A DNA stretch of 64,000 nucleotides from assembly GCA_041659785.1 (NCBI GenBank), contig JBAZXO010000003.1:1099-65098 (forward strand), written 5' to 3'. Positions 1 to 10,000 of the stretch are shown in pieces. The DNA is from Minisyncoccota bacterium. Its GTDB lineage: Bacteria > Patescibacteriota > Minisyncoccia > Phycocordibacterales > UBA9973. Below the pieces are notes generated by a model. That model had not been told where the DNA came from. It made no database searches and worked only from the letters and a program-made list of their open reading frames with translations. The position numbers and the translations under genes are program-made. The first letter of the stretch is position 1. Each line of letters begins with the position of its first letter.

Positions 1-2
1 CC

Positions 3-188
3 CATAGTAGATTTTTGAAATTTGTAATATCATACATGCTTTATGGCGACAAGCTTACAGCATCACAATATAACAATCTGAGTTATTTCAATAAAATAAA
101 TAATGCTGGTATGGCTATCTGTTTATACACTCATCATTGGTTCAAAAAAGACGAATGGAAGCTCTTGGTCTGGAATGATTTAGATTAA
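3..188 (+). CDS. C-terminal fragment of a probable histidine phosphatase (phosphoglycerate mutase-like) family protein, truncated by window start
   Basis: Open frame 3 from window edge: HSRFLKFVISYML...NNAGMAICLY...WKLLVWNDLD*, resembling the H..F / N.G / W.L..WN end of His-phosphatases. Confidence 0.5.
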   Translation, partial: HSRFLKFVISYMLYGDKLTASQYNNLSYFNKINNAGMAICLYTHHWFKKDEWKLLVWNDLD

Positions 189-191
189 ATT

Positions 192-464
192 TTAAATTTC
201 AACTATTAAAAGTTTGCTAGGGTGATGATGCCCGTTCACAATCCGAACTTTATTTTTAGATATTTTGTAATGCTCTCTTATAATTTCTAGGATACGGTTA
301 TTCGCCATATTATTCTCTGCTTTTTCTTTTACTGAAATATCAAAATGGTCTGGTTTTTTTGCTTGCCCCGCTGGGCGGGGTGAAAAAATTTCTTTTTTAG
401 CCCCTGCTGTGACCTTCACATAGATATAAAAACTTTTCTGTATTTTATTTATTTTACCTGACAT
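192..464 (-). CDS. DUF167 (YggU/UPF0235) family protein
   Basis: IYVKVTAGAKKE...ISVKEKAENNMAN...V.IV.G...PSK pattern. Confidence 0.8.
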   Translation of the reverse strand: MSGKINKIQKSFYIYVKVTAGAKKEIFSPRPAGQAKKPDHFDISVKEKAENNMANNRILEIIREHYKISKNKVRIVNGHHHPSKLLIVEI

Positions 465-1426
465 TTTGTTTTTAACTCTGTAATATCAGCGTTAGTTAGA
501 ACTTCGTTATTACCCTGGTTGAGTTCATACATAATCGCTTTTGGATCTTTCACATGATCCAGACCTAAAGCATGGCCGAGCTCATGGGCGAACACCCGCA
601 CGAGCTTGGCCCTGGAGCTGAATTCATAAATATCTATTTCCCTATTTGATCCATCAGATGAATAAACTCCCTCTTCAAAGGATTCCCCGCGAGATACATT
701 TGTCGTATTATATTTCTCAACAGACAAATTTAACGTCGATACCAGGCGATTGAGTGCGACAACAAATGCATTTATGTCATCTGCCATTTTATTTATATTA
801 TTTTGCATATCTTGCAATGTTTTAGACTGAGACTCCAAAGCTAAGTTCTCCGCCTGAAGCCTGTCATATTCTGCCTGTGGTGCTCCGCCTTGTTCATTCC
901 AATACTTTACATCTGTTTCATAAGCCAGCTTCCTTTGATTAAAAATCTGTATTCGTGAGTTGAAATTATTTTTTGCTGTATCGTATGCCACATTAAGTGT
1001 TTCATATTTTATTTTTAGCATATCGTATGAAGCGCGGTTATCTTTTACCACAATACCAAGATCTGCCAACTTACTAGTAGCTTGTTGTCTGTAGTCATAT
1101 ACTAAATTAATTTTCAAAACACTACTATTCGTATCTGTGGGAGCATAGATAAAAAGATTTTTACCGTAAGGTTTTTCCCAGACAGCTTCTGCATCAATAA
1201 GAGCACTTAAAAAATAGCTTTTTGAAATATTGAATTGTGTGTTAAAAGTTCCGAGATTGTATGATATAGGTTCCGCACAAGGAATTTGTGTTACAAAAAT
1301 TCCTGTAATATTATTTTTTAAATTATCTAAAAGAGGTAAAAATTGCGGACCAAGTGAAGACCGAAATTGATACACAATTACTCCGACAAAAAAGACGACT
1401 ATCAAAAATTTTAAAACCTTTTTCAT
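449..1426 (-). CDS. Matrixin-family zinc metalloprotease with N-terminal membrane anchor and coiled coil
   Basis: HELGHALGLDH zinc motif followed by Met-turn (AIMY); hydrophobic N-terminus. Confidence 0.85.
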   Translation of the reverse strand: MKKVLKFLIVVFFVGVIVYQFRSSLGPQFLPLLDNLKNNITGIFVTQIPCAEPISYNLGTFNTQFNISKSYFLSALIDAEAVWEKPYGKNLFIYAPTDTNSSVLKINLVYDYRQQATSKLADLGIVVKDNRASYDMLKIKYETLNVAYDTAKNNFNSRIQIFNQRKLAYETDVKYWNEQGGAPQAEYDRLQAENLALESQSKTLQDMQNNINKMADDINAFVVALNRLVSTLNLSVEKYNTTNVSRGESFEEGVYSSDGSNREIDIYEFSSRAKLVRVFAHELGHALGLDHVKDPKAIMYELNQGNNEVLTNADITELKTKCQVK

Positions 1427-1455
1427 GTTATATAAATAGTACCATAAATAAAAAT

Positions 1456-1474
1456 GGGAGGCCTGTGGCCTCCC
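1456..1474 (-). terminator. Intrinsic terminator
   Basis: GGGAGGCC-tgt-GGCCTCCC hairpin followed by T-rich run on minus strand, just downstream of the 1492 ORF. Confidence 0.65.
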
Positions 1475-1491
1475 GATCGTCTTGTTTGGGA

Positions 1492-1734
1492 TTAAATTAT
1501 CCCCTGCCTTGCAGATGCTCGTAGTTCATCTCTTTCTTTAAGGAAATTTATTGCCGCCTCAACCTCATTGGCACCCCTACCTTCAATTTGGCAAGGTTTT
1601 CCTTCGTATACAGAGAGTGTAAAACAGCATCGGCCTTCTCCGTCACGAGAAAACCCAGACCCGCTTACTTGTATGGCCTCTTTTGCAGGCCCGGACAGAA
1701 AAGGATTAACCCTTACTTTTTCGTCTGGTTCCAT
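1492..1734 (-). CDS. Small hypothetical protein (paralog 1 of 3)
   Basis: AAAGGAG RBS upstream; similarity to the two neighbouring ORFs. Confidence 0.6.
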   Translation of the reverse strand: MEPDEKVRVNPFLSGPAKEAIQVSGSGFSRDGEGRCCFTLSVYEGKPCQIEGRGANEVEAAINFLKERDELRASARQGII

Positions 1735-1984
1735 TGGGAACTCCTTTCGTTTGGAAAAAACTTTGCCATCGGACTCTATCCTTCAAGGCATTTTCGGCTG
1801 CTTCGTTCGCAGAGAGACCTTGTCCTCCTGCAAAACAAATTACTTTCCTTCCCTTTATTACTGGGATAAGAAAAAAATCAACAGCACCTATCCCGAGGTA
1901 GATTGCCCCCTCTATTTTCATGGCCTCTTGAGCGGGCCCCTCTGGAAAACGGTTAAAGCTTTCCGTCTTGCTTGGTTCCGGCAT
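1706..1984 (-). CDS. Small hypothetical protein (paralog 2 of 3)
   Basis: Start moved to ATG after AAAGGAGTTCCTT; GPAQEA..EG and G.G....EAA.N motifs shared. Confidence 0.6.
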   Translation of the reverse strand: MPEPSKTESFNRFPEGPAQEAMKIEGAIYLGIGAVDFFLIPVIKGRKVICFAGGQGLSANEAAENALKDRVRWQSFFQTKGVPNGTRRKSKG

Positions 1985-2112
1985 AAGGAACTCCTTTCGT
2001 TTCAAACTATACAACTATTTAAAATAAAATCAAGAATATCATATTTTTTATAAAACAGATTTAAATAAATACGGCCGAGGCAAGCTTTTGGCTCACCCCG
2101 GCACGTCGTCGA

Positions 2113-2364
2113 TTAGACTCTAGGATCTTGTCCCAGTCTTTCCAGGAAGTCCCTCAGTCTTTCCCTCGACTTACGGGCATCAGCAGCGGCAGATTCTTTC
2201 GAATCACCAATACCGATTAGCGTCGCGAGTAGAGGATTTCTCTTGTAGAGAGGAAGTAAACAGATATGTTTATCCCCCCTTGAGACAAAAACACCTTCTG
2301 TGTCTGAGGCCTCTTCTCGAGACCTTTCTAATGATGGGTCGGGCCCACCTGCTTCTTGGCTCAT
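2113..2364 (-). CDS. Small hypothetical protein (paralog 3 of 3)
   Basis: Start moved to ATG after AAAGGAGCTCCTT; EEA..EG and GIGDSKESAAADA motifs. Confidence 0.55.
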   Translation of the reverse strand: MSQEAGGPDPSLERSREEASDTEGVFVSRGDKHICLLPLYKRNPLLATLIGIGDSKESAAADARKSRERLRDFLERLGQDPRV

Positions 2365-2427
2365 AAGGAGCTCCTTTCCAAAATAGAAGATAGCAAGAAT
2401 TAAAAATAAAATCAAGAAAAAATATTT

Positions 2428-3423
2428 TTATTTCTCGCTCAAGGTATATCTGTCTAAAATTGCTTCAAACATTAGTGGGGCTACGATGGTAGCGTCGGAC
2501 TCTATTACGAACATTGGAGTTTCTTTTGTGAGTTTATCCCAAGTAATTTTTTCATTTGGAGTTGCACCAGAATATGAACCATAAGATGTAGTACTGTCTG
2601 AAATCTGACAGAAATATCCCCAGGGTCGTACGGGCTTCTTTAAGTCATATTTTATAGAAGGCACTACGCATATAGGGAAATCTCCAGAGATACCTCCACC
2701 TATTTGGAAGAATCCAAGCCCAGGGCCACCAGCTGCGAGCCTTGTGTATTCATCATACAAATACATCATGTATTCCACGCCTGTCTTCATTACATTAGGC
2801 TTAATTTCTCCTGCTTTACAGTAGCCAGCGAAAATATTTCCTAATGTAGAATCTTCCCAACCTGGCACAACGATAGGCAAATTCTTTTTCGCTGCTTCAA
2901 GGAGCCAGCAATGTTCAGGATTACCTTCATATTTATCTTTCAATTCATCCGAAAGAAGTATCTGGTAAAAATACTCATGAGGAAAATATCTCTCCCCTTT
3001 TTCTTGCGCTTCACGCCACCTTTTTAAAATAATTGGTTCAACGACACGGAATGCTTCTTCTTCAGGGATAGATGTGTCAGTCACTCTTCTCTCCCCTCTG
3101 TTTAAAATGGCTTCATCATCTTCTTTTGTGAAATATCTATAATCTGGATAATCTTTATAACTATTATGTGCAACTAACCTAAACACAGATTCTTCTAAAT
3201 TTGCTCCGGTGCAAGACACTGCATGTATTTTATTTTCTTTTATCATTGAAGCCAGAGTCACACCCATCTGAGCAGAAGACATCGCTCCACCCATTGCAAG
3301 GAACATCTTCCCTCCATCGTCTAAGTGTTTCTTATATGCCAAAGTGGCATCCTTCATCGCACGAGCATTAAAATTATGGAATAATTTTTGAAATAAACCT
3401 AGAATTGAAATTTCATTTTTCAT
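2428..3423 (-). CDS. Deoxyhypusine synthase family protein
   Basis: GGAMSSA, SCTGANLEE, IGGGISGDF, GSYSGA.PNEKITW.K motifs; start taken at MKNEIS. Confidence 0.9.
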   Translation of the reverse strand: MKNEISILGLFQKLFHNFNARAMKDATLAYKKHLDDGGKMFLAMGGAMSSAQMGVTLASMIKENKIHAVSCTGANLEESVFRLVAHNSYKDYPDYRYFTKEDDEAILNRGERRVTDTSIPEEEAFRVVEPIILKRWREAQEKGERYFPHEYFYQILLSDELKDKYEGNPEHCWLLEAAKKNLPIVVPGWEDSTLGNIFAGYCKAGEIKPNVMKTGVEYMMYLYDEYTRLAAGGPGLGFFQIGGGISGDFPICVVPSIKYDLKKPVRPWGYFCQISDSTTSYGSYSGATPNEKITWDKLTKETPMFVIESDATIVAPLMFEAILDRYTLSEK

Positions 3424-3427
3424 ATAA

Positions 3428-3751
3428 TTATTTAAGTTGTGCCTCAAGACGCTCAACACGAATTTTTAAATCTTCAACATCTCTTTCTTGTCTAATGTCT
3501 GTGTGTATTAGACTAGCCATAGTTTGTCTGTGTTCTCTAGCTTCTTCTGCATAAATCTGCATTTGTTTAAAGATCAACTCAAAAGCTTTATCATGTCGGA
3601 TCAATCTTTGATCTATTTTATCAAATCTTTCATCCATCTTATCAAATCTTTCATCCATCTTAGAAAAAGACTTGGCAATAGAAGTCATAGCCTTTTCAAA
3701 AATAGGTATAGTTACATATTTTTCAGTTGTTTTTTTAACAATCTTTTTCAT
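3428..3751 (-). CDS. Coiled-coil hypothetical protein
   Basis: ERFDKMD heptad repeats; start at MKKIVKK 7 nt after TGaTATAAT. Confidence 0.7.
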   Translation of the reverse strand: MKKIVKKTTEKYVTIPIFEKAMTSIAKSFSKMDERFDKMDERFDKIDQRLIRHDKAFELIFKQMQIYAEEAREHRQTMASLIHTDIRQERDVEDLKIRVERLEAQLK

Positions 3752-3787
3752 AATTCGTATTATATCATAGCAAAAAAATAAAGTGCA

Positions 3788-4035
3788 AATCCCCTCACCC
3801 CTTTCTTTCCCCTCTCCATAATTAAAATTATGGAGAGGGGTTGAGAGAAAATGCAACACAATCCCCTCACCCCTTTCTTTCCCCTCTCCATAATTAAAAT
3901 TATGGAGAGGGGTTGGGGAGAGGAGAATTAATTAAGAACCCTCTCTCCTTTAACCCCCTTACTCCCCCTTGTCAGGGGGAAACCATTTGCCTCCCCTGAT
4001 AAGGGGAGGTCGGGAGGGGTTGGAGAGAGGAGAGG
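3788..4035. repeat. Cluster of REP-like palindromes: two identical 56-bp units (3788-3843, 3860-3915) plus CCCC..GGGG hairpins
   Basis: Each unit contains CCCCTCTCCATAATT-aa-AATTATGGAGAGGGG; downstream TCCCCCTTGTCAGGGGGA and CCTCCCCTGATAAGGGGAGG hairpins. Confidence 0.85.
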
Positions 4036-4040
4036 AGAAT

Positions 4041-7000
4041 TTAGGGAGTCGTTGGAGAAGGAGCTGGTACGGGATTAGGTGCTGGAGTAGGTACAGGATC
4101 AGGAACTGGGACTGGAGTTGGTGTAGGTACAGGAGCTGGTACTGGATCAACTACTGGTACTGGTGCGGGATCTGGAGTTGGGGTTGGGGCAGGAACAGGT
4201 GCTGGGGTAGGCGTAGGTGTGGGAGTTGGTGTGGGAGTTGGTAAAGAACCTGCGGGGTGTGCAAGCAAGAGCAATGCACGGACATCATCTTTCGTTAGAC
4301 ATTCGCCATCTATACAAATCTTTTCTTTTGCATTAAATACATTTGCAAACACATCCCCTATCCCATTTGTGGCATCTGCGAGCCAAGTGCCGACTTTCGC
4401 ATAAACATTATTAAAGAAGGCTGTTACGAAAGATTCAGTAGCGGGTGAAATAGTTTGTCCCGAACTTAGCTGAAGGGTGCCAGAAACTCCTTCAATATTT
4501 AAATTCATTTCTTGAATTGCTTTGACCGTGGTAGACAATATAGCATTCGTGTCTAATCCATAAGGCTTACCTTCTGCATCGTGGGTGGCAAATTCTGGAG
4601 TAACAGCAGCGACTTCTTCAGAGATGAATCCGAAATGGATTGCATTGCCTAAATTCATATCTCCGTTGAAAATATAAGAAACAGGACGAAGGGCCATGAC
4701 ACTAGGAAGCCCAGATGCAAGATCCGTTATAGTGTTTTTAAACTCTCTCCTCGATGGAGCACAAATTATATTTCCTGAAGCGTCAGCATTCAATCCTCCC
4801 GCCGTCGTACAACCTTTCTGCTGGACAACACCTGTATTGGTTACACTAAATTTACTTACCCCTCCCACCTGTGCATCAATCAAATATTGAACACCAGAAC
4901 CGACAGATGTTTCAGTCCTATTTATAAGCAAATCTATGTTGGCAGCAGTTGAAGTAACCTGGTTGTAAACTGGGGCGATTACAAGAGGAGATGTTGTGCC
5001 AGCTGTGTTGGTAAACGTTGGCAAAAGTTGAAATGGAACTTTACCAGCCGCTCCCGAAAATGTCTCATTTATGACAGATAAAATTCCACCAGTTAAAGGT
5101 GACAGATATGGTATTCTCAATGCACCAAGAGTACTTATAGTTGCTTTACTTACTCCGCCAAACTGAGCATCTAAAATTAAACCTGTTGAACCTGCATTAG
5201 CTTGATTTACAGTAAGAGCTGAATTTGCATCGGCAATATTTCTGGAAATTATAGTGCCAGTTGTAGATGAAAGAATAGTTGAATTATTTCCAGTAGCATT
5301 GTTAGATAATCCTAATGCATAAACTTTATCAGTAAGAGCTACATAATTGGCAGTTACAGCCCCCGTATTATCCACCTTAAATTTACTAACACTCCCCACC
5401 TGTGCATCAATCAAGAGCTGAGCACCAGAGCCGACGGCAGTTTCTACGCGGTTAATGAGCAAGTCTGTATTGGCGGCTGTACTTGCGACTTGATTATATG
5501 GTGCGTAAATTTGTACGATTGCCTGAGTGCCAGATGTGTTAGTTCGAGTAACACCTGACCCAATTCCAAGCAACGAACCTGAAGTAGTTCCGGAAGCGGA
5601 ATAGTTTGAATACAATCCTGAATTTGGCACTGATGATGGAGCTGCTGTAGAAGTGTAATAACTTGTTGTTGATATTATACCTCCAGCAATTATTCCACTA
5701 TTCATTGTCAATACTCCCGTTTTATTTACTGATATTAGATTTGTAGTTCCTGTTGCTCCACCGAGAATTTGAAGGGGTAATGCAGTAGCCGCAGAAGCTG
5801 TGTCAGTAATGGTGTATTTAATACCAACAGGTGCTCCTGTCGTATTCCAAGTCTGAGCAATATTTAATGCTGAGCCTGCAAGTGAACCCGAGCCAGCGAG
5901 AGTGGTGTCTAGGATGTCGAGTTTTGCAGTAGGTGTTGTTTGCCCTATCCCCACGTTGCCACCAATTCGCGTTATGGTTAGTGCGTTGCTATCAACAGAA
6001 GAATTACGAGCTGTAATATTTAAGTTACCCGTTGAACCTGAATAGAAAAAACCAAACCCATTAGCAGCACTGCTCCACGTAGTTGCCAAAGATTGAAATG
6101 ATAACGCTGGGATAATATCACTGTTGCCACTATTTATTTGGGTGGAAGCACCAGAGCTATTAGACAAAATAGACAAGAGACTTTGCGGTGTCGTCGTTCC
6201 TATCCCTACATTCCCCGTACTCCCTACTTGAAGTCCAGTATAAGCAATATTGTAAGCTTGGGAGGTAACAGTTTGAGAAGTGGAAACAGTGAGGCTTGTG
6301 GTTGAACCAAATGCAGTAATTGTTCCTGCACTTGTTCCGTTTGCAAATACGAATTGTGAACCCACCATAGCGGAAGTCCATACAGTACCCACACCTGTTA
6401 TTGTGGTCAGAGATTGTGAGGCTGTGCCTGTGCTGTACTGCGTAGGGGTTACAGAGAGGATACCACTGGGTGCTATCGTGCCAATGCCGACGTTGCCTGT
6501 ACTGTCTATCCTTAGACGATTTACTCCAGCAATTTGTAAATCCAAATTAAGAGGAGTGCTAATAATCGCTCTATCAGTATCCCAAGTTAATACACCTCGA
6601 CTGTTACCAGTTAAAGCTTGTCCCCATTGAAATACTCCGTCGCTACCCATTCCTCCTCTTTCACCAACTTGAAACAATAATGTAGGGTTCGTCGTCCCGA
6701 TACCGACGTTGCCGGTCGTGAGTACAGTTAATTTAGAATCAGATAAATTAATACCCGTACCAATCGAATACGCAGAATTACCTGCACCGCCGTTATAAGC
6801 CGTACCAGTCATCCAATCTGTCGTCCCGTTAGTAGCGTAGTTCGTAAGAGCAAAACGGGCAGTCGAAACACGGTTAAGCTCAACATTAGTGAAGCCTGCG
6901 GCATTCGTATTCTCAAATATCGCAGTTGGAAGCGTATCTGCAGAATTGCGTACGACATGCAAGTTTGCCGTCGGCCCCGTCGTCCCGATACCGACATTTC

Positions 7001-10000
7001 CTCCTCCTTGTTGTAAAACTAAATTTCCATAATTTACTCCTCCTCCAATAATATTATCAATCACTCCATAGGTATCTCCAGTTGCAGCACCATGTCCAAA
7101 TCTAAGAAGTGAACCAGCTGAACCGAATGTAAAAGTACTTGTAGTTGTATAAATTCCATTATTGGGGCTTGTTGGTACTTCTCTTACCTCAAACGCTGCA
7201 TTTGGTGTTGATGTTCCAACTCCTATCTTCCCATTCCCTAAAACTACCATTCTTGTCCCACCAACCAATGTGTATGAAAGTCCTGAAGCAGTTGTAGAAA
7301 ATGCTACAGAAACAGTTAATACTGTATCACTTGAGATTGTTGCAATTGTTCGAACAGTTTCCCCTGATACTGTTATGGTGTCACCCACCTTAAACATATT
7401 TATAAATTTGGTACTTGTACCAGTTAATGTAGTAGTTCCATTTGTAGCAACAGTTCCCACTCCAGCAGTTCCCTGGGCGACAGAGAAATTTGATGAACTA
7501 TTTCCTAAGCCCGTTACAGCAAGAGTCGTGCTAACACTCACATTCCCCGTGTTGGTTGCTAAAGATATATTTCCTGAACCTGCTCCATGTCCTATAAAGA
7601 TACTAGCATTAGGCCCAATATTTAAATCATTACTTGCATCAATGTCTGCCAATCTAAGATTGGCTGTATTTGCCGCATTCCTTACATAAAGACCACTAGT
7701 ATTACTGAGCAGAATATTTCCAGCCACTTCCAATTTCTGCACTGGGGCTGTTACACCTACCCCTAAATTACCACTAATTATCATATTTCCTGCTCCAGGG
7801 TCTGTTGCGACATAACTATTTCCAAGAGATAAACCACCCGTGGTGGTCAATCTCATTTTTTCTGTAGCAACTGCGAGGTTACTAGCTGAAGTATAAAATT
7901 GTTGTGTGTATCCTACCGTTCTAAAATGTAAAGCTCCACTATTGCTAGAATCAAAAGCATTCAAACTTATTGTATTTGCAACAGGTTTAGCACTGTATAA
8001 CGTAGCATCTGTTGCTTCACTTATTTCTAATTTACCCCTAGGCCCCGTTGTGCCAATGCCGACGTTTCCATTGCCTCCAATTGTTATTCCACCTATACCA
8101 TCATAAGCACTAGTTGGAGTTTCTATTCTTATGGCATTCACAGGATTTCCAGAAGTGACTTGTCTTCCTTGTAAAATTAATCCAACACCATTTACAGAAT
8201 TTCCTTGTCCTGCTACCAAATATCCATAAGGTGTGCCTGCACCGTATCTGCCCAAATAATATTTTCCAGATGAATCATCAAGAATTTCCGATGAACCATT
8301 CACACTCAATTTCTGTCCCGGCGTCACTGTTCCGATACCGACGTTGCCAGAAGTTGTCGCCATATTTACACCACCAAGAAAAGCAGAGGAGTTAACTGTG
8401 TCATCTATTAAAATTCTTTTAAGAGCATGTAAACCGTAATCACCTGAAGTAACATAAATACCATTTGCAGCTGAATTTACGCTTAAAGCGTAGTTAACAT
8501 TCCCAGCACCTCCCACACTTAATAAAGAAACCGGTGCCGTTGTCCCAATCCCGACATTCCCATTTGTATCAATCCTCATTTTTTCTGCACTGTTAATAGA
8601 AAATATATATTTTCCTAGAGTAGCAGAGGGTAAATCAAACGCCATTTGTGGAGAAGATGCTCCATATCCAGCAATAATATTTGCGTATTCTGTAGATGCT
8701 GCAAAAAATCCTACTTTAGCTAATGTATTTGCTCCAGTCCCATTGTTTGATAATCTAAGAACTTCAGTAGTTGTCCCTGAAGAAGAACTCACTACATCTA
8801 ATTTAGCAGATGGCCCCGTCGTTCCTATCCCGACACGTCCGTTCGTCGTATCAACATTCAAAACATTGGTCGTCCCATCTGCTTTGTTGATTTGAATTGC
8901 AGTAATGGAATCTACGGAAGGATAAATTTTATTTCCTATTAAAGATGCAATTGTCGGAGTCACTATTGTTGGACTCGTATCCACCACAAACTTTGTTCCT
9001 GTTCCTGTTTGTGAAGCGATAGATGTGGCATTACCGACGGAAGTTATAGGACCAGTTAAGTTTGCATTTGTAGTTGCAGAGTCTGCAAGAACTGCTCGTG
9101 CAACATAAAGATTCGGAACGAGCGTTGTAGAAGTGACAACAAGTGGAGCTGTACCAATAGCTAAAGTAGAAATGAATTGATTATCTGTACGAACAGATCC
9201 ACCGGAAACATCCAACTTCGCTCCTGGCGCCTTCGTCCCGATGCCAATATTTCCTGTTGAAATAGTTGCACCTGTTCCATCAAGTGCCGTACCGTAAATC
9301 AAGTTACCGATGTTAAGCTGATTTGAGGCAGTTGCACTTGCTACGGCTACGTCATTACCGATCGAAATGTTGTTAGAACCTGTGGTGACTTGGTTACGAG
9401 AAGCAGCAAGGGTCGAATTACCGAGAAATACATTGCGAGCACCAGTGGTGACACCATAGCCAGACTGATAACCGACGAAAGTGTTGTAGTCGGAGCCATT
9501 AGCCGCGCTAACTCCAGCAGTAAAGCCAACATATACGCCCCCTTGGTTGGTATATAAAGCTAGACCTTGCGCGGCAGAACGACCAATTGCAGTGACCGAA
9601 GTAGCTGCTGTATTATAAACGAGAGCATCTGTACCAGTGGCAGTACTGCCACTACCTGTAGTGTTGTATTTTAAAGAATCCGCACCAGTCGCAACATTGC
9701 CACCACCAGTAGTATTGTATTGAAGAGACCCTGCACCAGTCGCAGTACTCTGATATCCTGTAGTATTGGTATTTAAACTGTTGTAACCATAAGCGGTATT
9801 TTGAGTAGCGGTCGTGCTATTTTGAAGAGATCCTGAACCACTCGCGGTATTTTGAATACCAGTTGTATTTGAAAAAAGAGCTTGGTAGCCATTTGCAGTA
9901 TTTTGATAACCGATATCGTTTTGACTAAGAGCTAGAGCGCCACTTGCGGTGTTGTAATAACCGGTGGTATTTGCACCAAGAGAGTTCGCGCCACTTGCAG

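Noticed and set aside
1568-2053. Plus-strand 161-aa and 93-aa ORFs
   Set aside because: Antisense to the small paralogs, which have clear RBS and mutual similarity
3788-3915. CRISPR array
   Set aside because: Only two 56-bp units with a 16-bp gap and no cas genes in the window
3959-4404. ORFs 3959-4150, 3969-4244 and 4219-4404
   Set aside because: Alternative-frame or antisense readings of the Pro/Thr tail and REP-like repeats
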